From positions 210,001-242,000 of the forward strand of contig CP065004.1 in the NCBI GenBank assembly GCA_016700135.1: 32,000 bases of DNA, written 5' to 3'. Every line of letters starts with the position of its first letter. The first letter of the stretch is position 1. Positions 9,497-21,009 of this stretch are shown here, in pieces. The position numbers and the translations under genes are program-made. The DNA comes from Candidatus Saccharimonadota bacterium. GTDB lineage: Bacteria; Patescibacteriota; Microgenomatia; UBA1406; GWC2-37-13. The notes beneath the pieces are model-generated. The model worked only from the letters and a program-made list of their open reading frames with translations, ran no database searches and was not told the DNA's origin.

Positions 9497-11036
9497 TCAA
9501 AATACGTAAACTTTCTTCTCAATCTGGTCAATTCTCATACTAAAGACACCGTCATACTTGACATTGAGCAGCAGTTTCAGATTGTCGATATCCCGTTTGC
9601 TGATATTTTGGTTCGGCAAAGCAGTGACTGTCAGCACAATATCATAACGGGATGTATTTTCGCGCTTGGTTATCGAGACATCCGTAACGGTTACATCCGG
9701 ATACATATCCTCAAGGTACAATGTTACGTAATTCTGAATTTCATTTATAAGTACTTCCGGCTTTCCCTGCAGACTTATGCGTGAAATAATTTCCAGGTCA
9801 AGCGAAACAGGTGTCTGGATTTGATTACTCATCATTGATTCAATATCACTCCTCTTTTCCTCAGTAAACTGTATCGAAGGATCACTCCGCAATACGGCAT
9901 TCACAGACCATAAGTTGTTATCGACAGGATACACTGAGACCGAATCAATACTAAAAGATCGGTCAATTTCAGAAATTTCCCGCAGTAAGATGTGAGCGAG
10001 CTGATCCTTAGTACGTCTTGTTTGGATATCGGTTTCCGTCTGCAGCGCAATTGATTTTTGGACCCGTAAATTTAAAATAACATTTTTATTTAACGCGTTT
10101 TCCAGGGCGGTAATAATTGCTTCTTTTGCCTAAAATCTATGACCATATCCTCAGGGATCAACACGTCTGCATCCACTCTGATTAGCTCAGAGCCGTTTTC
10201 TTTCGAAGTTTCCAAGCGGGTTTTGACGTTCTCTAAATAAATTGACGGTGATAAACCTTCTAATGACGTACTCAACACACGCTGAGTTTTTGATAAGCCA
10301 TTGCTTCAAATGAGTAGTTTTGAGAAAGAAAAACAGCGGTAGCGCCGTAATAACCAGCATAAGAGCAACAAAGATAATCCCGTTTTCTGAAGTTTTTGAG
10401 AACCATGCGTTTCGATACCAACAATCCGGAAAACGAAAATTGAAACAAAAATAATGGAAACCACATTGGCAATAAATAACAGGAGTCCACCTGAAGCGAT
10501 TTTCGGATTGAGAAGTGCCAGGCCGATTCCCCCGACACACAAGGGAGGCATAAGAGATGTCGCAATCGCAACTCCCGCCAGACTTGAAGAAATCCTCTTT
10601 TGAACAATCGCAAATGCCGCGACTGTTCCTGCCGAAAGAGCAATGACAATATCAAGTAATGTCGGTTGCGTGCGGGTCAGTATTTCGGACTTACCACTTT
10701 CAGCGGAGAAACAAGAGTAATCAGAAACGAACTCGCCAGACTGATGACAACAGAAACCAAAAGAAGAATAAGCGACTGAGTAATGTATCTTTGTCGGGCA
10801 AGAGATATCCCAGCTGAAATCTTCATCAGAGGCCACATCAGCGGAGAAATAATCATTCCTCCGATCACTGTTGCAGGAGAGTCAAGCAATAAACCCAACG
10901 TACAGATGACCGTTGAGATAGAAAGAAGAATAACATAGCTTACTGAAAGCATTGCATTGTCATGGAGATGCAATAAGGTATCACTTCTGTCAACATTGTG
11001 AATATCATCGACAATAGTCAGATCTTTTAAAGACAT
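9497..11036 (-). CDS. DUF389 (TIGR00341-like) integral membrane protein with a C-terminal soluble extension; multiple frame breaks.
   Basis: Fragments 10677..11036 (VIGGMIISPLMWPLMKISAG), 10306..10836 (TLLDIVIALSAGTVAAFAIVQKR...LMPPLCVGGIGLAL), 10090..10278 and 9497..9934 are collinear on the minus strand. Confidence 0.65.
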
Positions 11037-11151
11037 ATATGCATTTCAGTAACTATTTTTATCATAACATATGCGCTAAAATAGAAAAATTACGTAAGTT
11101 CATACAGAATCTTTACGTTCGACAATTACAATAAGCTTTTGTCTAGACACT

Positions 11152-12278
11152 ATGTGGAAGCAAATTCAGAAACTTAACCTGCAGTATTTTCTGCTGGGTT
11201 TCTTGTTGACCTTAATTGTCACACTGACAAAGCTGCAGCTTCCGGTAATCGGATTAGAAACACCGTTTCTTCTGTTTATTTTCGTGGTTATCCTGACAGC
11301 CTATCTCGGCGGTTTCGGTCCGGGACTGTTTACGCTTTTTGCCACCAGTGCATCCATTGCATATTTTTCCTTTTACCGACGAGCCGCACAGAGCTGTCAT
11401 CCGGTAGTGATTCTCTCAGAATGATTGTTTATATCTTTGAGGATTCATTTCTGTTGCGATTCTGGCAGCATTGAGAAATTTGAGAATTGAACTAGCAGAA
11501 AGTAACAGAAGTCTTGAAGAAAAAGTAACCAACAGGACGAAAGAACTGAGAACCACAATGCAAGAGATCACTTAAGGTTAATGAAGATTTGACACGAAGC
11601 AACAAAGAACTCGAAGAATTTGCCTATATCGCATCACATGATCTGCAGGAACCGCTGAGGAAAATTCAGTCATTCGAAACCTCCTGCATGAGGAATATCA
11701 TGACAAAATAGATAATGACGGCCAATTGTATATTGACAGGATGCTGAGTGCCTCATCCCGAATGAGGAATCTGATCGATGATCTGTTGTCGTATTCCCGG
11801 GTCACGACACAACAAGCCGAGTTCAGTACGGTATCTCTTGACCGTGTGATGACTGAATTACTGAACACACTAGACATTCACATACAGGAAACAAACGCCA
11901 AAATATCCGTCAAAGATCTTCCGGACATTCGGGGACGAGAATCAGATGTACCAGTTGTTTCAGAATTTGGTAAGCAATGCATTGCGCTACCGACATGATA
12001 AACGTACACCGCACATTCGGATTTGGAGCGAGAAAAAGGATGACATGGCCAGGATTTATATTAAAGACAACGGCATCGGCTTTGATGAAAAATACAAAAA
12101 TCGAATTTTTAATATTTTGAACGGCTGCACGGACGCCACAAATATGAGGAGCCGGTATCGGCCTTGCAATTGTTAAAAAATTATTTTGCGGCACAAAGGC
12201 TCCATTGACGTACAAAGTAAGCCTGATGTCGGAACAACGTTTATTATATCTTTACCAATTTCCCAATCAAAAACATGA
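11152..12278 (+). CDS. Sensor histidine kinase (DUF4118-like TM sensor, coiled coil, HisKA, HATPase_c); multiple frame breaks.
   Basis: N-terminal [30 protein letters not shown]-box [17 protein letters not shown]-box [14 protein letters not shown]-boxes DNGIGFD and [11 protein letters not shown]. The stop is at 12276-12278, overlapping the next ATG (ATGA). Confidence 0.75.
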
Positions 12279-12726
12279 TAAATAATAATGAAATCACCAT
12301 CCTGATGGCCGATGATGATGAGGATGATGTACTGTTGACAGTTAAAGCCCTGAAGCAGAGTAAATTGCTCAACAGACTGATCTCCGTCAAAGACGGGGAA
12401 GAACTGATGGATTATCTGAAAAGAAAGGAGCGTATACAAGTCCTGAAAGCTCTCCCCGACCCGGACTTATCCTCCTTGATCTGAACATGCCGAAGAAAGA
12501 CGGAAGAGAAGCCCTGAAAGAAATAAAATCCGATGACAATCTGAAAGAGATTCCTATTGTCGTTTTTACGACATCCAAAAGCGGAAGAAGATATTTACCG
12601 CTCTTATAAACTCGAGTTAATTCATTTATAACTAAACCTGTCAAATTCGAAGAGCTCATTAGCGTGATCGCATCTCTCGGAAATTACTGGTTTAAAATCG
12701 TAAAACTTCCGAAGAATAGTAATTAG
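12275..12726 (+). CDS. Single-domain (Rcp1/CheY-like) response regulator; frame breaks.
   Basis: [13 protein letters not shown] ... [43 protein letters not shown] ... [15 protein letters not shown]. There is no output domain. Confidence 0.75.
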
Positions 12727-12734
12727 TACACTTT

Positions 12735-14217
12735 ATGACGGTTGTAACAAACAGATTTCATAAAATTCGGGCATTGCTTGTCGATGATGATGAGGACGAT
12801 TTCCTGCTGACGAAAAAAACCCTAAAGCATACAAGCACAATTCAAGCTTCAGTGGATTGGATATCTCACTTTTGACGAAGCCCTCAAGCTGTGTAAAAGC
12901 GGTAAGTATGATGTCATTCTGCTGGATTATAAAATGGGACAACATGACGGCATCGAATTCATTAAAAAAGCCAGACATTTATGTACATCTCCTTTTATTC
13001 TACTTACCGGAATCCAGGATGAGAAACTGGGAATAGAAGCCATCCGTCTAGGTGCCGAGGATTATCTCGTGAAAAGCGAAATAACGCCGGAACTTCTTGA
13101 ACGCTCCATCCTTTATGCCATTGAACGATTTCAAAGTAAAACAAAAGAACAGGAGATTATCCAGCAACGAACTTTGGAACGGAGTGAACGGCACTACCGG
13201 TCACTTATTGAAAACAGCGCAGACGGAATAGCACTCATGAATACGAAATTTAAGTTAACGTATGTCACGCCCTCGATTGAAACGATACTGGGTTATACTC
13301 CCGAACAAATTCTAACTATAAATTCCACGTACAATCATCTATCCTGAAGATCTTCATAAAACACGCAACAAATTACAGGAAATTGCAATCAATCCTGGAG
13401 AGCATACTACATTTCTGATCCGTTCTAAACACAAAAACGGAACATGGAGATGGATCGAAATTACCGCATCAAACATGCTTCTTGATCCCAATATTGAGTC
13501 ATATGTCCTGAATTTCCGGGATGTTACATCACGAATCAGGCTTGAACAACTGAAGGATGAGTTTTTAAGTATCGCAAGTCACGAACTAAAGACTCCTCTC
13601 ACAACGGTTAAAGGGTACATCCAGCTTCTGGAAAAATATTTTCAGAAAACAGCTGATGAAAAGGCTCTCAGATATATCAGACAATCCGACACATATGTCG
13701 ATAAAATGAACCAAATGATCTCAGATCTTCTTGATATCTCACGTATTCAATCAGGAAGAATGCAGCTGAATCTGGAAGAAACAAAGCTGTGCAGTCTCAT
13801 AAAAAAACCATTACCGCACTTCAGTATTTATCTTCAAAACACAAACTGCAAGTCAGTTGCGAGTTTCGCCCAGTATTGTTTGCAGATAAACAGCGCATTG
13901 AGCAGGTGCTGACCAATTTGATATCAAATGCAATAAAGTATTCCCGAACAAAAGTGAGATTTCAATCCGCCTCACCAAAGAGGAAAATACGCAAAAATTG
14001 CCATGCAGGATCACGGGATCGGCATGTCAAAGTCAGCACAAAAAGACTGTTTCAACGGTTCTACCGTGCTGACAAAGTAGCACATAGATTTTCAGGTTTG
14101 GGTATCGGGCTATATATTTCAAGTGAGATCATCAAAAGACATCGGGGAAAAATTTGGGTAGAAAGTGATGAAGGGGAGGGATCAACATTTTATTTCACCC
14201 TTCCGTTAAAAATATAA
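12735..14217 (+). CDS. Hybrid sensor kinase (REC, PAS, HisKA, HATPase_c); multiple frame breaks.
   Basis: REC: ALLVDDDEDDFLL...DVILLDYKMGQHDGIEF...GAEDYLVK. PAS: YRSLIENSADGIALMN...IHPEDL...GTWRWIE. H-box: FLSIASHELKTPLT. N-box: VLTNLISNAIKYS. G2: GLGIGLYISSEII...GSTFYFTLP. Confidence 0.75.
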
Positions 14218-14226
14218 TTTAATCTT

Positions 14227-14585
14227 ATGGTAAAAAAGTACTTATCTGCGACGATGACGAAGGCATTGTAGATGTTGCCGGTATCGTCCTTCGTGATGCA
14301 GGATATGATGTAACAACAGTTACTGTCAGCGAGCAGATATTTTCCGTAATAAACAATGTCAAACCTGACATTATCCTTTTAGACCTGTGGATGCCCAATC
14401 TATCCGGAGAAAAGATTGCCGAACAGCTGAAACAACAGAAAAAGACAAAAGACATTCCTGTCATTATCATGTCCGCAAGCCGCAAAACCGAGCAAACAGC
14501 CCGCCGTGCAGGTGCTGATGATTTTATTTGCAAACCGTTTGATATTGAAGAACTAGAGGAGATTGTGAGAAAATATACTGCATGA
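14227..14585 (+). CDS. Single-domain response regulator; frame break in the A6 run at 14232-14237.
   Basis: With one extra A it reads MVKKVLICDDDEGIVDVAGIVLRDAGYDV...DIILLDLWMPNLSGEKIAEQLK...IPVIIMSAS...GADDFICKPFDIEELEEIV. Confidence 0.8.
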
Positions 14586-15488
14586 ACATTGCACGCTCTG
14601 TCTACCGGCTCACTAAAAAAACGTTTTTGAATTCATTGAAGACAATGCCACACAGATGGCAGCTGCCCTTTCCTATTATGCCCTGTTTGCCATTCCGTCC
14701 CTTCTTCTTATTACGTTGAGTCTGCTGAATCTCTTTATTGCCGATGAACAGGCAAAAATGACCATTATCAACGTGGCACAGGAAATTATCGGATCAAGAA
14801 GTGCAGGAGTCATTTCGCAGATCATACAGCATCTCGATGAGAATGCCAACCAATCCGATTTCGCACAGTGGGTGGGGATCATCATTCTTCTTATCACGGC
14901 TACGGGTATTGTAGGACACTTACAAAGATCTCTGAACAGACTTTGGGATACGGTTCCTTCCCATCACAACACCTTTCGCCTTCATCTTATGCAGCGGTTT
15001 TTTTTCACTGCTTTTTATCATTCTTGCAGGATCCTGCTTCTCGTGTTATTCATTTCTGATGCCGTATTTTCATTCCTTCATGTATATCTTTCTTCGTCAA
15101 TCGATATTTCTGAACCCGTACTCAGTACCGGCAATCACATATTCTCGTTTATTTTGATGACAATGATTATTTCCCTTATTTACCGGTATGTTCCGAACGG
15201 AAAAATGGCTTGAAAGATATCCTCGTCGGAGCGTTAGTGACTGCCGGGCTTTTCTCTCTCGGGAAATATCTTATCGGTATTTATCTGGATTTCAGCACGG
15301 TTGATTCCGTATACGGAGCAGCCGGATCAATACTTCTTTTACTCATCTGGATATATTACACTTCACTCATTTTCTTTTTGGGTGCGGAGTTTACTCAGAT
15401 CTATGCGAACACTCACGGACAGGGTATTTCTACCGGCGCTTCCAAAAATAATATCCCGTGGCTAAAGCTGAAATTTATGATAATATAA
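14582..15488 (+). CDS. YihY/BrkB (virulence factor BrkB) family membrane protein; frame breaks (T5 run at 14624-14628, about 15210).
   Basis: MNIARSVYRLTKKTFFEFIEDNATQMAAALSYYALFAIPSLLLI ... YRYVPNGKM ... GAAGSILLLLIWIYYTSLIFFLGAEFTQ. The ATG overlaps the upstream stop (ATGA at 14582-14585). Confidence 0.75.
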
Positions 15489-15497
15489 AACACTAAT

Positions 15498-16147
15498 ATG
15501 TCATCCGCCAGGAAACCTACTGTTATTGTTCTTTCAGGAGGACTTACAAAAATACCGTCTCCTTTTTTGTCAAAAACAGACTCGATCACGCCTATAAAAT
15601 CTACCATCAGAAACAAACAGATCGGATTATAGTTGCTGGAGGCTCAAGCCTCTACATTGACGGCACTCAGGAAATAAAGGATGCTGACAAAATGGCTCAG
15701 TATCTCCTTTCACTCGGCGTACCAGAAGAAGATATTTTCAAAGAAACACAGTCAAAAGACATGCTGAGCGGTGCATACTATATCAAAAAGAACATTCTAG
15801 TTCCCAAACGCATACGGCATGTCAGAGTAATCGGATCAGACTTCGAAGAGGAACGTCTCAAATTCGTTTTCAGAAAGGTTCTGGGGAAACAATACAGTGC
15901 TGTTTTTGATTTTGTCCACTCACAAATCAGATCAGAAGTACTCTGGAATTGTTTTAATTACGAAAGACAGGCACTCGCAAACACCAAAGCATTTTTGAGA
16001 AAGATGAAGATCGGGCAGCATGAGTTTCTGGAACATAAATTTTTTAATGCTAAATTTTATAAAGAAAAACGCATCGGATATATCAGGACATTGGTACACC
16101 AGGAATCGATCGGCAAAGAAGAAATGCACGTGCTCATTTTTCACTGA
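15498..16147 (+). CDS. DUF218 / YdcF-like (SanA/ElyC superfamily) protein; frame break near 15620.
   Basis: MSSARKPTVIVLSGG ... IIVAGGSS ... DADKMAQYLLSLGVPEEDIFKETQSKDMLSGAYY ... VRVIGSDFEEERLKFVF. Confidence 0.6.
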
Positions 16148-16215
16148 AAAATATTTACAAGAAACGTGCGGAAATTTTTGAGAAATACGCGATTGATGAA
16201 TCCTACAAAAAGATT

Positions 16216-17081
16216 ATGATGGCTGATTTCTGGTCCGAAGATTTTTGAATTTTTCGGAAAAGACAATGATAAAACACTGTATTCTCTGAAATTTGTCCTG
16301 TATGTAAAAGATAAAAAGACGTTCGCAAGCGAAATTGCCGTTACCGAGTTTTTACAGGAAAAAGGAATTGATTTTATCCCGACCATAATTGCCAAAGACA
16401 TAAAAAAAGCACCGCCGTGGTATTTATACCGTGTTGTCGGCGGAAAATTGCCGGCCAGTTTTCCTATAATTTCTTACGGAGACCATTTCTACCAGAAAAA
16501 CCCCGTACCGGCGCTCGTTGCTCATCTGAAAAACTTCGCAGTATCAAAAAGAAAGGACTTGATATTCCTACCTGGAACAGTAAAAGTTACAAATCAGAGC
16601 TCCAAAACCATTTCAAACGAATCAGTACTTCGATCTCGCTTGAGAAGAATACCGTCGTCCAGGAAGCGTACAATGTCCTTATCGCCAATCTTTCCGTTTT
16701 TGATCGGGCGAAAAATACCTGACTCACGCAGATCTTCATCCGGCCAACATTATAGTCTCAAGGAAAAAAATTGTATCTTATCGACTTTGAGCATATTTGC
16801 TGGAATAATATTGCATTTGATTATTGCTTTGCAGATGTATTCGGATGGAACAATGCCGCGTTTCGTCAGGAATTTTTAAAAGAATTCAAAAAATTCACTA
16901 ACCCAAGAAGAAGCTGAAGAGTTTGATATGCTTTACCCGTATGTCTCTCTTTATTTTCTTTTCTTTCTTATGCGTTTTACCTATCAATGGGAATATAAAT
17001 CAGGAAAGGAAAACGCAAAAATCGCAAGAAGGTTTATCAAGAAGCAATGGGAGAAATCATCTCAAAACTACGCGCTGCCTA
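16216..17081 (+). CDS. Aminoglycoside-phosphotransferase-like (APH/choline-kinase fold) kinase; multiple frame breaks; start uncertain.
   Basis: The catalytic-loop segment LTHADLHPANIIVSRKKIVLIDFEHICWNNIAFDYCFA is readable at about 16720-16840. The N-lobe fragment is YSLKFVLYVKDKKTFASEIAVTEFLQEKGIDFIPTII. The best stop is TAA at about 17079-17081. Confidence 0.55.
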
Positions 17082-17703
17082 ATCTGGTGATTCCCGCCGT
17101 TTTTTCAATTCTGAAATCCGATCCATTTGTTTTCAGGATAAAATAAGCAGTATTGCCGATTGCATGCGATCTCAGTTCGTTTTTCGTCCCCCATCCCAGA
17201 TGAATCAGAAGATTTCTCATCAGATCGCCGTGACAGACGGAAAGAATCGTTTTTCCGGGATTTCCAACTGCAATTTCCGTAAAAGGTAAGCATTCTTGAA
17301 ACCATCTCTTCACCCGTCTCAAACGTATCGTCCAGCCGCTGCTTCATCCATTCAGCATCAGACAGCATATACCATCGGCTGAAAAGTTCCTGAATTTCCT
17401 GTGTGAATTGAGTCGGATTCATGCCTTCATATTTACCGAATGACCGTTCTCTAAGCGCTTTTGTTGCCTGAACCGTCAGCTTATGTTCAAGGGCAATAAT
17501 TTCAGCAGTACGATGCGCCCGCATCAAATCTGATGAAAAACTGCATCAAAAGTGACACGTTTTAGATCATGTGCTCTTTTTTGTGCCTGTTGTTCTCCCG
17601 TTTTCGTCAAGGGAAAATCCATCTGTCCCTGCAGGATTTTACTGACATTGCCCTCAGACTCCCCGTGTCGTACGATGTAAAAAGTGGTGTAATCGGTTTT
17701 CAT
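17068..17703 (-). CDS. Histidine phosphatase (phosphoglycerate-mutase-like) family protein; frame breaks.
   Basis: FYIVRHGESEGNVSKILQGQMDFPLTKTGEQQA ... SDLMRAHRTAEIIA ... RERSFGKYEG ... ILSVCHGDLMRNLL. This gives the RHG and H catalytic motifs. Confidence 0.75.
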
Positions 17704-17716
17704 CAGTTGAAAAACC

Positions 17717-17724
17717 ATTATAAT
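17717..17724. promoter_or_regulatory. Palindromic ATTATAAT that supplies a TATAAT -10 box on both strands for a divergent gene pair.
   Basis: Forward TATAAT lies at 17719-17724 and reverse TATAAT at 17717-17722. The divergent ATGs at 17703 (minus) and 17727/17739 (plus) are only 23-35 bp apart. Confidence 0.4.
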
Positions 17725-17726
17725 AT

Positions 17727-18432
17727 ATGTATGAAAAAATGGCATTACGGATTGTCGGGATTAGTATCCTTCTATTATTCTCTTTTTATGTATTTCTTCA
17801 GTTTATCAATCTGAGAACGTATCAGATCTTCGGCGAGATCATCCTTTGGGTGATCACGGATCGTAATGTCGTTGCATTGACTTTCGACGATGCACCTGCA
17901 GAAGGTACTGAAGAAGTCCTGCAGATACTTGATCAGCAAAACGTGAAAGCGACATTTTTCTAATAGGAGAAAATATTGAGAATGATCCTGCGACCGCAAA
18001 AAGATTGTTGACGCAGGACATGAGGTGGGGAATCATTCATACTCACATAAAGAATGGTATTTCATTCTCTTTCATTTGTGTCTCAGGAAATCGAAAAACA
18101 GATGCTCTTATTCGTGAAACAGGCTACACAAAAGAAATTCATTTCAGACCTCCCTACGGGAAAAAATTTGTCACCCTTCCTGCATCTGAATGCACATGAC
18201 AGAAAACAATTATGTGGGATGTGGAACCGAATCGTACGATGATATCTCAGGTGATTCAGATAAAATTGTTGACTATGTGATGAAAAATACGAAACCCGGA
18301 TCAATAATCATCCTTCATCCGTTTTTCAAAAATGAAGAAACAAGAAAAGCCCTTCCTGTAGTCATACAAAAACTGCGTGATAAAGGGTATATGTTTGTAA
18401 CCGTTTCAGAGTTGTTGGAATATAAAAAATGA
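17727..18432 (+). CDS. Polysaccharide deacetylase (NodB homology / CE4) with an N-terminal TM anchor; frame breaks.
   Basis: ALRIVGISILLLFSFYVFL, VALTFDDAP, VKATFFLIGENI, AGHEVGNHSYSH, IHFRPPYG, IIILHP ... LRDKGYMFVTVSELL. The start may be ATG 17739. Confidence 0.75.
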
Positions 18433-18854
18433 TCAAACCGACCAAAGCCGAAACCCTGAAGAGTATATCACCCAGATTGATGAGCCGCGAAAGTCTCAGA
18501 TTACTGAACTTTATGAGCTTATCCGTAAATCTGCCCGACCTCAAGCCTTACATTCAAAGCGGAATGATCGGATTCGGAAAATATCACTACAAATATGGGT
18601 CCATCGCGAAGGTGACTGGTTCATGATCGGACTTGCAAGCCAAAAACTATATCTCCGTGTATGTATGCGCCGTGATTGATAATAAGTATCTTGCAGAAGA
18701 ATATAAAGCGAAACTACCGAAAGCAAATATCGGTAAAAGCTGTATCAGATTCAGGAAAATTGAAGATATTGATCTTGCAGTACTGGAAGAATTGATCCAG
18801 AAAGCCCGGGGATCATTACATCAAAAACTACACCTGATCATACCGGAAGCATGA
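18429..18854 (+). CDS. DUF1801 (YdhG-like) domain protein; frame breaks.
   Basis: EEYITQIDEPRKSQITELYELIRKSAPDLKPYIQSGMIGFGKYHYKYGSGREGDWFMIGLASQKNYISVYV ... IGKSCIRFRKIEDIDLAVLEELI. The ATG overlaps the upstream stop (ATGA at 18429-18432). Confidence 0.6.
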
Positions 18855-19384
18855 CGATATGATCATTTACCATTCCGGTCGCCTGCATATGAGTATAGCA
18901 GATCGTCGAACCAACAAACTTGAAACCGCGTTTCAATAAATCGCGGCTCATGGCATCTGACTCTTTCGTTTTGGCTGGAATTTCATGAAGCTCTTTCCAT
19001 TCATTTCGTATCGGCTTCCCGTTCACAAATTGCCATATATATCTGTCAAAACTCCCGAACTCCTCTTGGATTTGAAGATAAGCCTGAGCATTCGTCACAG
19101 CAGCACGGACTTTCAGTTTATTTCGAATAATACCAGGTTTTGAAGCAGTTCCTGAATCTTGCGTTCATCATACCGTGCAATTTTTCGGGATCAAAATTGT
19201 CAAACGCAAGGCGGTAATTCTCTCGCTTACGAAGTACGGTGATCCAGGAAAGGCCGGCCTGTGCACCCTCAAGAATCAGCATCTCAAACAGCCGCAGGTC
19301 ATCATGAAGCGGTACTCCCCACTCTTCATCGTGATAGCTGATATAGAGCGGATCATCTCCGCACCATTGGCATCTAGTTTCCAT
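18828..19384 (-). CDS. tag: DNA-3-methyladenine glycosylase I; about 2 frame breaks.
   Basis: RCQWCGDDPLYISYHDEEWGVPLHDDLRLFEMLILEGAQAGLSWITVLRKRENYRLAFDNFDP ... PGIIRNKLKVRAAVTNAQAYL ... RGFKFVGSTICYTHMQATGMVNDHIV. The H-x3-C zinc ligand (DHIVxCFRY) is restored by a frame change near 18850. Confidence 0.85.
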
Positions 19385-19389
19385 ATGCG

Positions 19390-20259
19390 TTATAAAATCA
19401 CACTGTCATCTTCTTTTTGCTCACCGATTTTTTTCGGTGGCAGAACATAAACATCGGTATTATACGAATCTACAAAAACGAATTCTCCTTTCCCGTTGAT
19501 GACATCTTCATACGGAGCACAATATTTGCACTGGCCTTCCTTGCAGGTATATACATTGAGCTGTCTAGTTACTTTGATTTGACGGGCCACATCAATCACC
19601 CGTTCAAATGATGTTTTTCATCGGGTAATTCCTTTTCGGTAAGATCATCATTCCGTTCCAGGTACCAGTAGCTTGCTTTTGAAACCTCACGCTTCTGGGT
19701 GTTGGTGACAAGAAGATAGTAAATGGGAAGCTGCAATGAATCACCGTCTTCATCATATTTACTGGTTTTGAAATCAATGATGTGGACACTGTCCGTTTCC
19801 GGCAGGTACTCCAGCCAGTCGATTTTTCCGCAAAGAATGATATTGTCCTCTTCGGAAAGCCAATAATGTGGTAAATCTTCTTTAATTTTGACTGCTTTTC
19901 TGGCAATCGGCCCGGATTTTTCGTCACGCGGGCAATCATTTCCCGACCTTTTCTTTTATAAATATCTTCCGTATCGGCACTAAAAAACCGCCGCGCTTAC
20001 CGGTCACATTGTTCCAAGCCTCCTCAAACCGGTCCATGAGAAGGGTACTGAACCTCTGCTCTACGGGAAGCACAGACAGTGATTCGATAACTTCATGTAC
20101 AGCCTGTCCCAATGCCAAAGGAGCAGACATAATCTTTATTTTATGTCCCGTTTTAGGATCCTGATACACGTGTTTGAGATAATAGGCACGTGAGCACTGA
20201 AGAAAGTCATTGATTGAGGTATGAGATACCCATACTGCAGAATACGGATCGTTTGTCAT
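19390..20259 (-). CDS. PD-(D/E)XK (RecB/Cas4-like) nuclease family protein with a C-terminal Cys cluster; frame breaks.
   Basis: SHTSINDFLQCSRAYYLKHV ... LALGQAVHEVIE ... ILCGKIDWLEYLPETDSVHIIDFKTSK ... LQLPIYYLL ... YTCKEGQCKYCAPY. The stop lies 5 nt before the tag ATG. Confidence 0.65.
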
Positions 20260-20265
20260 GAAACC

Positions 20266-20273
20266 ATTATACA
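20266..20273 (-). promoter_or_regulatory. TG+TATAAT box for the PD-(D/E)XK-tag unit; predicts a leaderless mRNA.
   Basis: On the minus strand, TGTATAAT (20266-20273) is followed by 6 nt (GGTTTC) and then the ATG at 20259. Confidence 0.45.
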
Positions 20274-20335
20274 AAAACACAGCATTCTTTTAAGCTGATT
20301 TTCAGCTTCTCACTTATAATAAGAGGTATATACGT

Positions 20336-21009
20336 ATGAAACTACTCGTCATCGAAGATGAACGCCGCATTGCAGATTCTATAAAAAGGTCTTGAACAGG
20401 AACATTTTGCAGTCGATGTAGCATATGAAGGGCAACAGGATACGATCTTGCTTCAACGGAAGAGTATGACTCCATTATCCTCGATCGCATGCTCCCAGAA
20501 AAGACGGTATGGAAATCTGCACTGAGTTAAGACAGCACGAAAATCATACTCCGATTCTCATGCTGACTGCGAAAAGTCAGATTAATGACAAAGTGGAGGG
20601 GTTGAACTGCGGGGCTGATGACTATCTTTCAAAGCCCTTCTCATTCGAAGAACTGGTTGCACGGGTCCGTGCTTTGACAAGACGCCCAAAAATGCCGTAG
20701 GAACGGTTTTGCAGGTTGAGGATGTGACTCTTGATACCGTTTCTCAGCAAACAAAACGGGGAAAAACGGAAATTCAACTCTCACACCGTGAATATACATT
20801 ACTTGAGTATTTTTGAGAAACAAAAACAGAGTACTTTCAAAAGATCAAATTATTGCAAATGTGTGGAGTTTTGAGTCCGACGTCCTCCCCAACACCGTCG
20901 AAGTCACCGTCAGAAATCTGCGGAATAAAATTGAAAACCGTTTCCGAAGAAACGGGAGATTATCGAAACGATACGGGGATTCGGATACAAAATTACAGAT
21001 CATACTTAA
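20336..21009 (+). CDS. OmpR/PhoB-family response regulator (REC plus winged-helix); frame breaks.
   Basis: [33 protein letters not shown] ... [22 protein letters not shown] ... PILMLTAK ... [25 protein letters not shown] ... [12 protein letters not shown] ... [12 protein letters not shown] ... [14 protein letters not shown] ... IRGFGYKI. Confidence 0.8.

Noticed and set aside
19390-20259. Cas4-like nuclease as a sign of a CRISPR-Cas locus.
   Set aside because: No repeat-spacer array and no other cas genes occur anywhere in the window. The PD-(D/E)XK fold with a Cys cluster is widespread outside CRISPR systems.
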